Below, one piece after another: positions 1 to 8,156 of a stretch of 34,191 nucleotides of DNA; position 1 is the first letter of the stretch; every line of letters begins with the position of its first letter. Made by a program: the position numbers and the translations under genes. Under the pieces are notes generated by a model. That model ran no database searches. It was not told where the DNA came from and saw only the letters and a list, made by a program, of their open reading frames with translations. The DNA is from a bacterium (GTDB lineage Bacteria; Zhuqueibacterota; Zhuqueibacteria; Oceanimicrobiales; Oceanimicrobiaceae). Location: NCBI GenBank assembly GCA_046757525.1, contig JBHHYI010000028.1, forward strand, positions 1-34,191. The letters run 5' to 3'.

Positions 1-139
1 TTGCGTTCCAAAATAAAATTTTGGAACGAGTGGGCTTACTAATTCTTCAATAAAGCGGCTGATGTGACGGGGTCCGATCATCGTGTGGAGACCCTGGTAA
101 ACTTTTTCATCGATAGTAATAGTTAGTTTTTTTTTGCAT
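1..139 (-). pseudogene. Frameshifted, apparently truncated addiction-module antitoxin-like gene (RHH-type MQKKLTITID family), runs off the window edge
   Basis: ATG at 139 with GAGG upstream. The A-run at 135-127 has 9 A, giving a stop after 10 codons. Removing one A gives MQKKLTITIDEKVYQGLHTMIGPRHISRFIEELVSP, which resembles small TA antitoxins. The frame then runs into a palindrome at 1-30. Confidence 0.6.
2..30. repeat. REP-like palindrome
   Basis: Perfect 11-bp inverted repeat CGTTCCAAAAT (4-14) / ATTTTGGAACG (18-28) with a 3-nt loop, in the context TGCGTTCC...GGAACGAG. Confidence 0.55.
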
Positions 140-175
140 TTCTCTAATCCTCAAACTTAACAGGTTCCGACTTTT

Positions 176-204
176 AGAATAGAAACATTCCTTTAGAAAA
201 TCAA
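176..204 (-). promoter_or_regulatory. Putative sigma70 promoter of the antitoxin-like gene
   Basis: TTGATT (204-199), 17-nt spacer, TATTCT (181-176) on the minus strand. Confidence 0.45.
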
Positions 205-265
205 GAAGAATTTGACCAGTTTTCATGCAGATTGCTGGAAGAACGTTGCGGAACCGAACCGCCTC

Positions 266-1066
266 CTACCGCTCCACGATTCGATAGGGCTTGCCATATT
301 CTTTCTTGAAGTTTTCGCCAAAAGCTTTGGCTGCTTCCTTTGTTTCGAAAGCGCCAACCCAAACCAAATAGACCGTTGCGTGGCGACTCTGTTTCTCCCG
401 TATTTCAACCGGCAAGCCAGATTTCAAAAGAAAATCTCTCTGTTTCAAAGCGTTGTTGATCTGAGTAAAGGCCGCCACCTGGATGGTGTACTTGCCTTTT
501 GAGTTGTCGTTGCTCGACCTTAGCTTCCTGGACGACACAAGACCCAAATTCTTGTCCAGCCTGATTTCTCGCAAGTCCTCTCGGGCAACTCTGACGAAAG
601 AAGATCGTGGGTAATGGAGGATAAAATCTTGTAATTCCTTGCGGCAGGTTTCAAATTTTTCTGCGGCAAACAAACAGGCCGCTGAAAGGTAAGCGGCGTC
701 GTCCACATAAGGCGAGCTGGGGTAGTGGTCGACCAACCGCAGGTATTGTTTTCTTGCGGAAATGTACAAGCCGCGTGAATAGTAGTATTGAGCAACTTTT
801 AAGAGCGCGTCGTCGGCTTCTTCGGAATCGGGGTATTTGGTCAGCAGTCTCTTGTATTTTTCAACCGCCTTTTGGGCATCTGGTTCAATGAACCCTCCTA
901 AGAACATTGCCGTGGGCGTACCCCGGTTTTTCGCAATGTATTTTTGCACTTCAATTCTTACATCCTCAAAATCGTTGGCTTGCAGCAGCCTGACCAGGTC
1001 AAATTTTGCCGTCTGAGAAAATACCAGAGCAGGCAACAGAATGCAAAAGCCGACCAATGACGCCAT
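266..1066 (-). CDS. Exported TPR (BamD/CpoB-like repeats) plus C-terminal SPOR domain protein
   Basis: Start moved to ATG 1066 (GGTAGGAG RBS, signal peptide MASLVGFCILLPALVFS). TPR motifs LLTKYPDSEEADDALLKVA and LVDHYPSSPYVDDA; SPOR motif YTIQVAAF...YLVWVGAFETKEAA. Confidence 0.8.
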   Translation of the reverse strand: MASLVGFCILLPALVFSQTAKFDLVRLLQANDFEDVRIEVQKYIAKNRGTPTAMFLGGFIEPDAQKAVEKYKRLLTKYPDSEEADDALLKVAQYYYSRGLYISARKQYLRLVDHYPSSPYVDDAAYLSAACLFAAEKFETCRKELQDFILHYPRSSFVRVAREDLREIRLDKNLGLVSSRKLRSSNDNSKGKYTIQVAAFTQINNALKQRDFLLKSGLPVEIREKQSRHATVYLVWVGAFETKEAAKAFGENFKKEYGKPYRIVER

Positions 1067-1161
1067 GGTTCTCCTACCAAAAACAAAAGTCAAACTGCAC
1101 ACATCTTCCGAATAAGGGATGTGCAATTTGACTTTCTCAAACATTTCGTTTCTCAAGCTAT

Positions 1162-2310
1162 TCAGTTCTTTGTGAAAGTATCCCACTGGCGGCAGGCAGG
1201 GCACCTCCAAAAAGGTTTCTGTGATTCATAACCACACAGTTTACATTGAAACAACCCTTTGTTTTCTAATGACTGATTGATCAGGTCCAGTGCCAGTTTG
1301 ATTGCTTCGGCATCATTGCCTGCGTTGTGGTAGAGCTTGACCAAATATTTCTTCGTCTTTTCGTTGCCGGGGTCTTTTTCCAAAACCTCTGTACAGGTGC
1401 TTATCGCTTTTTGCAGCTCGCCTTTCTTTTCATAAATTTCCGCAAGGGCCAAATGGGCCGCGAAATTCTCCGGTTGACTGCCGATCAGCTCCAAATACAA
1501 ATTTTCGATCTCGCCGTACACCCCGCTCTCAAAAAGCAATTCCTTGAGACGGTCAAAGGCCAAAAACGACTGGGATGGAACCTTTTCAATGAACCGCTTC
1601 AAAACCTTGAGAGCTTCGTCTTTCATCCCCTCTTCAATATAAGAGTCGGCAAGGTAAATGTAGGCCGGCGCGCTGTCGGGGGCAATCTTCATGGCCTCCT
1701 TAAATCGCAGGCGGGCTTCTTTGTTTTGATTTTTCTTAAGAAAGGTCAATCCTTCTTCTACCTTGTAAAGAGCGAGTTTGCCATTTCTGGGCAAGCCCTT
1801 CAACTTGATGAGGCCCTTATAGGTGTCAAAGGCTTTGTTCCAGGCCTCCAGGTCCTCGTAAATTTGCAGTTTCATCTCCTGGGCCCAGATGTCCTTTTTT
1901 TTCTGTTCCAATATGGTGTTCACCACCTGGAGCGCTTTGTCAAACTTCTTGGCCGCATGATAATCCTGGGCCAGGCACTGCAGGATCTCAAGCTGTTTGC
2001 CGGGACTCAATCCCTTTCGTACCGTCAGGTATTTATGAACATTGATAGCCTTCTCAGGCTGTCCCATCTCCCGCAGCAGGTCGCCGATTTTCAGGTAGGC
2101 ATCGATGTTCTTGCTGTTCTTGCTAACGGAATCCCTGAGTTTGCTGAGCGCCTCTTCTCGTCTCCCCTGAAGAAGCAAATTCAACCCCTCGGCATATTCG
2201 TTGGCGGCTTCCTCGGTTCGGGTGGTGGGTTTCCGTTGCAACAGGACAAACAACACCAGCGCCACGATCGCGCTGAAGACTATTAGAATCAATACGACAG
2301 TAAGGTCCAT
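1162..2310 (-). CDS. lapB: Lipopolysaccharide assembly protein B-like (TM anchor, TPRs, rubredoxin-like C-terminus)
   Basis: N-terminal TM helix, TPR array, C-terminal FQCKLCGY...FWRCPACRQWDT; directly downstream of a lapA-like gene. ATG 2310 (alternative TTG 2316). Confidence 0.85.
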   Translation of the reverse strand: MDLTVVLILIVFSAIVALVLFVLLQRKPTTRTEEAANEYAEGLNLLLQGRREEALSKLRDSVSKNSKNIDAYLKIGDLLREMGQPEKAINVHKYLTVRKGLSPGKQLEILQCLAQDYHAAKKFDKALQVVNTILEQKKKDIWAQEMKLQIYEDLEAWNKAFDTYKGLIKLKGLPRNGKLALYKVEEGLTFLKKNQNKEARLRFKEAMKIAPDSAPAYIYLADSYIEEGMKDEALKVLKRFIEKVPSQSFLAFDRLKELLFESGVYGEIENLYLELIGSQPENFAAHLALAEIYEKKGELQKAISTCTEVLEKDPGNEKTKKYLVKLYHNAGNDAEAIKLALDLINQSLENKGLFQCKLCGYESQKPFWRCPACRQWDTFTKN

Positions 2311-2325
2311 GTCCAAATCTTAATT

Positions 2326-2664
2326 TTAGCTTTCTTCCTTGAGATCGAACCCACCTTCTTCCTCTTCTCCTAAAGGCAGATTTCGCAGGCTATCCAGTTC
2401 ATGTTGCATTTCCAGGTTGGCCTTTTTTAACCTGCGTATTTCGGTCTTTAGTTGGAACACCTGGAAAATAGAGACGACCAACCAAAACAACACGCCCAGG
2501 CCAAAGGAGGTATAGATGACCATCCACAGTTGCACGGCCTGGAACTTCCATTGCCAGATAATGCTCCATAAAACCACGTCCACCTGCTGACCGCTGTTTT
2601 GCAGGGCAAACAACAGAATCAGCAAGATCACAGCCACCGCCAAAACCCACTTAACGACCCACAT
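2326..2664 (-). CDS. lapA: LapA family membrane protein
   Basis: Two TM helices, FALQN motif, C-terminal coiled coil; position between rpsA and lapB. Confidence 0.85.
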   Translation of the reverse strand: MWVVKWVLAVAVILLILLFALQNSGQQVDVVLWSIIWQWKFQAVQLWMVIYTSFGLGVLFWLVVSIFQVFQLKTEIRRLKKANLEMQHELDSLRNLPLGEEEEGGFDLKEES

Positions 2665-2736
2665 AGCTTTTCCCTTCTTCTATTTCAAATGCACCTATGG
2701 CAAGAAGTCGTGCACACACGGGAACAAACAAATAGG

Positions 2737-4980
2737 TTACTCCTTCTTGTCTTCTTCCGAAGTGTCCTCCGGGTTGGCTTCTTCTGGCTTGGTTGTCTCT
2801 GCCGTTTCAGCAACGACGTCTTCGGTCGGGGCTGCTTCCGCCTCTGCCGATGGCGCTTCTGTTTCGGTCGCGTCTTCATTAGAGTCGGTGGTGCCGGTTT
2901 CTGTCGCTTCTGCCTCCATTTCTGGTGCAGCTTCCACCGGCGGCTCCGATGCTACCGCGTCGGAGGCAGTAGCCCCTTGAGTCAAGGCTGTTTCCGCTTC
3001 TGCCGAAGGCACTTCTGTTTCGGCTGCATCTTCATTAGTATCAGCGGTGCTGGTTGCTGTCGCTTCTGCTTCCGTTTCTGGTGCAGCTTCCACCGGCGCC
3101 TCTGGTGCTACCGCGTCGGCGGCGGTAGCTGCTTCAGTCGGTTGTTCAGCTTCGGGGACCGCATCAGTCTCGGGCACCTCGAGCGCTTCGACTTCTTCTT
3201 TGGCAACTTCAGGCTTTGCTTCAGTCGCCTCCTTCCGCTGTGCCTGCTTCTCCGACAGAATGATCTTTTTGTTCTCTTTGTTAAATTCAATCACCACCAG
3301 ATCGAGCTCGTCGCCGACCTTATAGCCATCTGAGGGTTTTCGGATGCCCTCCTTGTGTAATTGCGACAAAGGCACAAACGCATCCACGGCCAGCGGCAGC
3401 TCCACGATCACCCCTTTTTCGATCATGCGCACGATCTTCGCTTTGGTGCGGGTGTCAACCTTGTAGGCCTCTGCAAACGTGTCCCACGGATTGTCTACGG
3501 TTTGCTTGTAGCCCAGGGAGATGCGGCGATGGTCTTTGTCGATGTTCAGTACCACCACCTCGATTTCTTCGCCTTTCTTGACCACTTCTCCGGGATGGCG
3601 AACCTTTTTCGTCCAGGAAAGGTCAGAAATATGAATCAGGCCGTCAACGCCCTCCTCCAATTCCACGAACGCGCCAAAGTTGGTAAGGTTGCGCACGACG
3701 CCTCTCTGCCGGGTTCCCGCCGGGTATTTGGTTTCGATGTCTGTCCAGGGATCGGGCTCGAGCTGCTTCAAGCCCAGCGAGATCTTGCGTTCTTCCAGAT
3801 CAATGCTCAGAATCTTGGCTTCGACCATTTCGCCGAGGGACAGAATTTTGGACGGATGTTTGATGTGCTGACTCCAGGACATCTCAGAGATATGGATGAG
3901 GCCCTCAACACCCTTTTCCAGTTCGATAAACGTACCATAGTCGGAGATGTTTACAACCTTGCCTTTCACAACATCCCCTGCATGGTATTTTTCCTTGACG
4001 TTCTCCCACGGGTGCGGTTGCAGTTGTTTCAGACCCAGCGAAATGCGATCTTTAACCTCGTTGAAATCGAGCACTTCAACCTTTACCTTTTCATCTAACG
4101 CCAGGATTTCAGAAGGATGGTTGACACGTCCCCAGGACAAGTCATTGATGTGCAGCAGACCATCCACACCGCCCAGATCCAGAAAAACACCGAAATCGGT
4201 GATGTTCTTGACCATACCCTCCAATACCTGTCCTTTTTCCAGGTTTTCGAGGATTTTCGCTCGCTGTTCTTTCATGCTCTCTTCAATTAGAGCACGATGT
4301 GAGACGACGATGTTTTTTCGCAACTCATTGATCTTTACGATCTTAAAATCCATCGTTTGGCCGATGAGCGCGTCAAAGTCGCGAATAGGTTTCACATCAA
4401 TTTGTGAGCCGGGCAAGAAAGCATCCACCCCCATCAAATTGACCACAATCCCTCCTTTGATTCTCCTCATGCAGACCCCTTGCAGGACTTCCCCTTTATC
4501 GTAGGCATCGATCACTTTCTCCCAATCGCGCAGAAAGTCAGCCTTTTTCTTGGAAAGCACCAATTGCCCGTCTTTATCTTCAACATTGTCGAGATAGACT
4601 TCAATATCATCTCCAATCTGCAACTCTGCCGGGTTGGAGAACTCTTCAATGGGAATAACCCCTTCAGATTTAAAACCGATATCAACCGCGACTTCTTTGT
4701 CGTTAACGGCTAAGATTTTGCCAACGACCAACTCTCCTTCAACAAAATCGGTCAGGGTCTGTTCATATAAATTGGCCATTTCCTCAAACTCTTCGGCCGA
4801 ATACTCTTTTTCTTCAGGTAAGTCTTCGATGGAATAGACGACTTCTGTTTCAGAGCCTGTGGCAAGAGGTTGGGTCGTTTGCGGTTGGCTTTTTGCCGTT
4901 TCCGTCAACGTGGCATCACCTCCATTCAGAGCGTTGGTTTCATCAACATGGTTAGTCACTTGATCTTTATTGTCAGACAT
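2737..4980 (-). CDS. rpsA: 30S ribosomal protein S1 with N-terminal extension and long acidic C-terminal tail
   Basis: Six S1 domains (DIGFKSEG, AFLPGSQID, DGLLHINDLSW, EGLIHISEMSW, DGLIHISDLSW, AFVPLSQL); AAGGAGG RBS; follows cmk. Confidence 0.97.
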   Translation of the reverse strand: MSDNKDQVTNHVDETNALNGGDATLTETAKSQPQTTQPLATGSETEVVYSIEDLPEEKEYSAEEFEEMANLYEQTLTDFVEGELVVGKILAVNDKEVAVDIGFKSEGVIPIEEFSNPAELQIGDDIEVYLDNVEDKDGQLVLSKKKADFLRDWEKVIDAYDKGEVLQGVCMRRIKGGIVVNLMGVDAFLPGSQIDVKPIRDFDALIGQTMDFKIVKINELRKNIVVSHRALIEESMKEQRAKILENLEKGQVLEGMVKNITDFGVFLDLGGVDGLLHINDLSWGRVNHPSEILALDEKVKVEVLDFNEVKDRISLGLKQLQPHPWENVKEKYHAGDVVKGKVVNISDYGTFIELEKGVEGLIHISEMSWSQHIKHPSKILSLGEMVEAKILSIDLEERKISLGLKQLEPDPWTDIETKYPAGTRQRGVVRNLTNFGAFVELEEGVDGLIHISDLSWTKKVRHPGEVVKKGEEIEVVVLNIDKDHRRISLGYKQTVDNPWDTFAEAYKVDTRTKAKIVRMIEKGVIVELPLAVDAFVPLSQLHKEGIRKPSDGYKVGDELDLVVIEFNKENKKIILSEKQAQRKEATEAKPEVAKEEVEALEVPETDAVPEAEQPTEAATAADAVAPEAPVEAAPETEAEATATSTADTNEDAAETEVPSAEAETALTQGATASDAVASEPPVEAAPEMEAEATETGTTDSNEDATETEAPSAEAEAAPTEDVVAETAETTKPEEANPEDTSEEDKKE
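2818..3129. repeat. Two-copy 156-bp (52-codon) imperfect tandem duplication in the rpsA tail
   Basis: GGTGCAGCTTCCACCGG occurs at 2924 and 3080 (period 156); peptides ATAADAVAPEAPVEAAPETEAEAT... and ATASDAVASEPPVEAAPEMEAEAT... Confidence 0.9.
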
Positions 4981-5025
4981 GTAAAAATACCTCCTTAGAA
5001 GTTTTGGCTTTTATTAAAACAAATT

Positions 5026-5712
5026 CTACGGTAAACATCGATCTTCATACTTCTGCAGTATAAAATCGACCTGTTCTTCGATACTCAAATCCGTCGTATT
5101 TAGACAGAGGGCATCCTTCGCTTTACGCAGAGGCGCCGTCTCTCTTTGGGAATCCAGATGATCGCGCGCCTCAATTTCTTTGGCGACTTCTTCAAAATCG
5201 GGTTCAAAACCTTGTTCTCTCAATTCCTGGTGCCGGCGTTTGGCCCTTTCCTGGATCGAGGCCACCATGTAGATTTTCAAATCAGCCGACGGAAACACCA
5301 CAGTGCCGATATCTCTCCCTTCCAAAACAACGGGCCGATTCTCAGCCAGCGCTCTCTGTTTTTGTGTCAACACTTCCCGCACCTGCGGGATTTCTGACAC
5401 CGCCGACACCTTCGCACTGACCTCGGGGGCGCGGATTTCCCGCGTGACGTCTTCGCCGTTGAGCAAAACGATGGTGCCGTCCGGGCCGGTTTCAATGTCG
5501 ATTCTGGTCTTTTGCAGGAGCTTCACCAGCCTGTCGGTTGCGTCAAGCGGGATGTGGCTCCGCAGAACCTGCAGTGTGAAAGCCCGGTAGATTGCACCGG
5601 TGTCAATATACAAAAAGCCAAGTCTTTTTGCAACAATTCTCGCTGTGGTACTCTTGCCGGACCCAGCAGGACCGTCGATGGCGATGATTGTTCCCTTTTT
5701 GTGGTTGAAAAC
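5026..5712 (-). CDS. cmk: Cytidylate kinase (start codon uncertain)
   Basis: The frame is open upstream of the listed TTG (5613) and encodes IIAIDGPAGSGKSTTARIVAKRLGFLYIDTGAIYRA, plus VLEGRDIGTVVFP and RDHLDSQRETAPL. The 5712 boundary is a GTT 7 nt after GAGG and is tentative. Confidence 0.9.
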   Translation of the reverse strand, partial: VFNHKKGTIIAIDGPAGSGKSTTARIVAKRLGFLYIDTGAIYRAFTLQVLRSHIPLDATDRLVKLLQKTRIDIETGPDGTIVLLNGEDVTREIRAPEVSAKVSAVSEIPQVREVLTQKQRALAENRPVVLEGRDIGTVVFPSADLKIYMVASIQERAKRRHQELREQGFEPDFEEVAKEIEARDHLDSQRETAPLRKAKDALCLNTTDLSIEEQVDFILQKYEDRCLP

Positions 5713-5729
5713 CGCTTCACCTCTCCGAT

Positions 5730-7439
5730 TTAATCTTTCATGCGCAGGCCCTGCTCTTCATTGGAAAAAATCCACCCGACCACCTTGCCAATGTTGATCA
5801 GATCATCTTCCAGCCAATAGCGTCGATCACGATCGTATCGCGAGCTGGTGTCGTCTTCGGGAATGGCTTCGATTTCTCTAAAGATCTGCTCGGCCCTCAG
5901 TTGCCAAATCTTAATATTGGACGGCCGCAAATCCACCCAACCGTCCTTGGCCCACGCGTCGATGGATTGCGTAGAAATCGCAAAGGTTTCGTTCCCGCGA
6001 TAAGCAGGAATCTTTACTTGCGGCCCTCTGAGCAACCTCTTACCATCCCTCAAAAGAATGGGAATGCCGATGGACAGGATCGACGATCTCAGATCGGCGT
6101 CGTTTAAGATCAGCTTCTCAATTTCCGCAGATAGTCGCTCCGGGTCTGCCTTGCGCAAATTCTCCAGCGTACCGCTGGTCGCTCTCAACAGGTGCGCTTC
6201 ATAAAGCAATTTGCTCAAACGCGGTGGTCCCAGGAGTTCAAAGGCGATGCTTTCACAATTGTGTTGTAACATCAAGGAAACCATTTTGTTTAACGCTGCA
6301 TGGCGCATGACACCCGCGCGGTAGGTGGGCCCCATGGTGGCGTTGTCCAGGGCGTTGATGATGTCGTGCCCGGTATTTCCGCCCTTGATTTCATAAATCA
6401 CATTGCGGGCGATTTCCTCCGGCGTGACCAGCTCCATTTGACCGGAAGACGAAATGGCTGAAAACTCGCCAAAAGAAAAAATGCCGTTTTCACCGGTGTC
6501 GATATAAACCGATTTCAAGTGCTTGCGCTCCAACGGCACCCAGGTGGCCGGCCCTTTGAGATTTAATTCCCCTTCTAAGTTCAAAGCATTCTGTGGCGGG
6601 CAATCGTAAAGTTGAATGGGTTGACCGCGCTTCTTGATCTCGCCGTAACCAATCTTTTTCCAGGCGATGGCCGCCGTTGGTTTGATCTCTTTGGTGATGG
6701 GCGCATCCGGGGTCCGCGCCATCAGAAAGAGGAGCAGAGAATGAGCACCGGCCACGGTGGATTTGCTCAAGAGCACGCGGGATGGCTTTTCCTCCGAATG
6801 CGTGTAAGGTATGTTCAAGCCCATGCCGCCCGTGCCGCTGGTACCGATCTTGACGTAGTAGACCGTCTTAAACCGCCGCATGGCGTCGTAAAGAATCTGC
6901 ACGTGGCGAATTAGCTGGGGAACATAAAGGGTACACAGGAGCTTCTCCACTTCTGCAACCAGCGCTTCCGAATACACTTTTTCTTGTTTGACTCGCCTGA
7001 ATTCATTTTTCAAATTGTAATAGCCGCTAAAAACATCCTGGTAGGCGACCGCGGTAGCCGAGTTAATACAGTCGATGATGATGTGAGGTTGGTGTTTTCT
7101 GATCAGTTGAAACAGAAAGGCTCGCTCCAGCACCTCTTCACTCAAGGCCTCCAAGGTGTCCTCGATTAACTTATTGCGGTTCTCTGGTTTTTCCAATATG
7201 GCCTCGCGACTGAGACCCTGCATCGAATCCCTGAGGAAGATGTTGCCCCAGTCTGGCACGATGGTCGTTTCAGGGCTTTTTTCGGCTTCTAAATGTTCAC
7301 AAGCCTCTCTGGCTTCAGATTCTTTCAGCGACAAGACGATGAGCTGTGCTGGTTTCTCGGTCAACAGTTGTCGACTAATGGCCATGCCCACCAACCCCCA
7401 TCCTCCCAGGATCATGACTTTTTTGTCTGTTATTTCCAT
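5730..7439 (-). CDS. Uncharacterised NAD(P)-binding Rossmann / atypical short-chain dehydrogenase-like protein (569 aa)
   Basis: N-terminal VMILGGWGLVG dinucleotide-binding motif, IIIDCIN strand, long ORF tightly packed between rluB and cmk. Confidence 0.7.
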   Translation of the reverse strand: MEITDKKVMILGGWGLVGMAISRQLLTEKPAQLIVLSLKESEAREACEHLEAEKSPETTIVPDWGNIFLRDSMQGLSREAILEKPENRNKLIEDTLEALSEEVLERAFLFQLIRKHQPHIIIDCINSATAVAYQDVFSGYYNLKNEFRRVKQEKVYSEALVAEVEKLLCTLYVPQLIRHVQILYDAMRRFKTVYYVKIGTSGTGGMGLNIPYTHSEEKPSRVLLSKSTVAGAHSLLLFLMARTPDAPITKEIKPTAAIAWKKIGYGEIKKRGQPIQLYDCPPQNALNLEGELNLKGPATWVPLERKHLKSVYIDTGENGIFSFGEFSAISSSGQMELVTPEEIARNVIYEIKGGNTGHDIINALDNATMGPTYRAGVMRHAALNKMVSLMLQHNCESIAFELLGPPRLSKLLYEAHLLRATSGTLENLRKADPERLSAEIEKLILNDADLRSSILSIGIPILLRDGKRLLRGPQVKIPAYRGNETFAISTQSIDAWAKDGWVDLRPSNIKIWQLRAEQIFREIEAIPEDDTSSRYDRDRRYWLEDDLINIGKVVGWIFSNEEQGLRMKD

Positions 7440-7442
7440 GCG

Positions 7443-8156
7443 TTAAAGACCTACGATTTGTTTTGTTTGACGAATCTCCTGCGGCGACAGATTTCGCCAG
7501 TTGCCAGGCGCCAGCCCGTTTAACTTCAAACAGCCAAACTCAATTCTACTCAGATTGCAGACCTTGTAATCCAAAGCCGCAAACATTCTGCGAATCTGTC
7601 TTTTCCAGCCTTGCCGCAAGGTCACCCGCACCAGTTTTCTGTTGCTGGCGGCGGGAAACGAAATCGTACACGGAGCGGTTTGCCCTTCCTCTAAAACGAT
7701 GCCTTGCTCCAGCTTCTTCTCGTCTTGCATTTGTAAACGCCTGTCCAAACTGACCTGGTAAACTTTAGCGACCCTGAACTTGGGATGCATCAACCTGTAA
7801 GCCATCTCTCCGTCATTGGTCAGCAACAGCAAACCGGTGGAATCGATGTCCAGCCTGCCCACCGGGTAGATGCGGGCCCGGGTGGCCACCAGGTCTAAGA
7901 CAGATTTTCTGTCGCGGTCATCTTTAGCTGTGGACACGAAACCTTTGGGTTTGTTCAGCAAGATGTACTGCAAGCTTCGCCGCGGCTCCACGACTTTGCC
8001 TTCAAACTCGACTCTATCTGTTCCAGCCTCGATCTTCGCCCCCAGCCGATTTACCACCGTGCCATTGACCCACACCAGACCCTGCAAGATCATTGCGTCG
8101 CATTTCCTACGCGAGGCGACGCCACATTGCGCTAAATATCTATTCAGCCTTATCAT
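7443..8156 (-). CDS. rluB: rRNA pseudouridine synthase, RsuA/RluB family
   Basis: S4 domain IRLNRYLAQCGVASRR; catalytic YPVGRLDIDSTGLLLLTNDG; typical scpAB-rluB synteny. Confidence 0.9.
   Translation of the reverse strand: MIRLNRYLAQCGVASRRKCDAMILQGLVWVNGTVVNRLGAKIEAGTDRVEFEGKVVEPRRSLQYILLNKPKGFVSTAKDDRDRKSVLDLVATRARIYPVGRLDIDSTGLLLLTNDGEMAYRLMHPKFRVAKVYQVSLDRRLQMQDEKKLEQGIVLEEGQTAPCTISFPAASNRKLVRVTLRQGWKRQIRRMFAALDYKVCNLSRIEFGCLKLNGLAPGNWRNLSPQEIRQTKQIVGL

Noticed and set aside
1067..1210. Longer N-terminus of the TPR/SPOR ORF given in the track
   Set aside because: Overlaps the lapB 3' end; ATG 1066 has a strong RBS and yields a signal peptide
1327..2286. 319-aa plus-strand ORF and many other long antisense ORFs (e.g. 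2599-3333, 3361-4098, 17562-18419, 23916-24650, 29931-30704, 30613-31473, 31788-32708)
   Set aside because: Shadows of well-supported genes on the opposite strand, with no recognisable motifs
5523..5720. 65-aa minus ORF MKRFSTTKREQ as an independent gene
   Set aside because: Out-of-frame overlap with the cmk P-loop region; relevant only as a possible frameshifted cmk start
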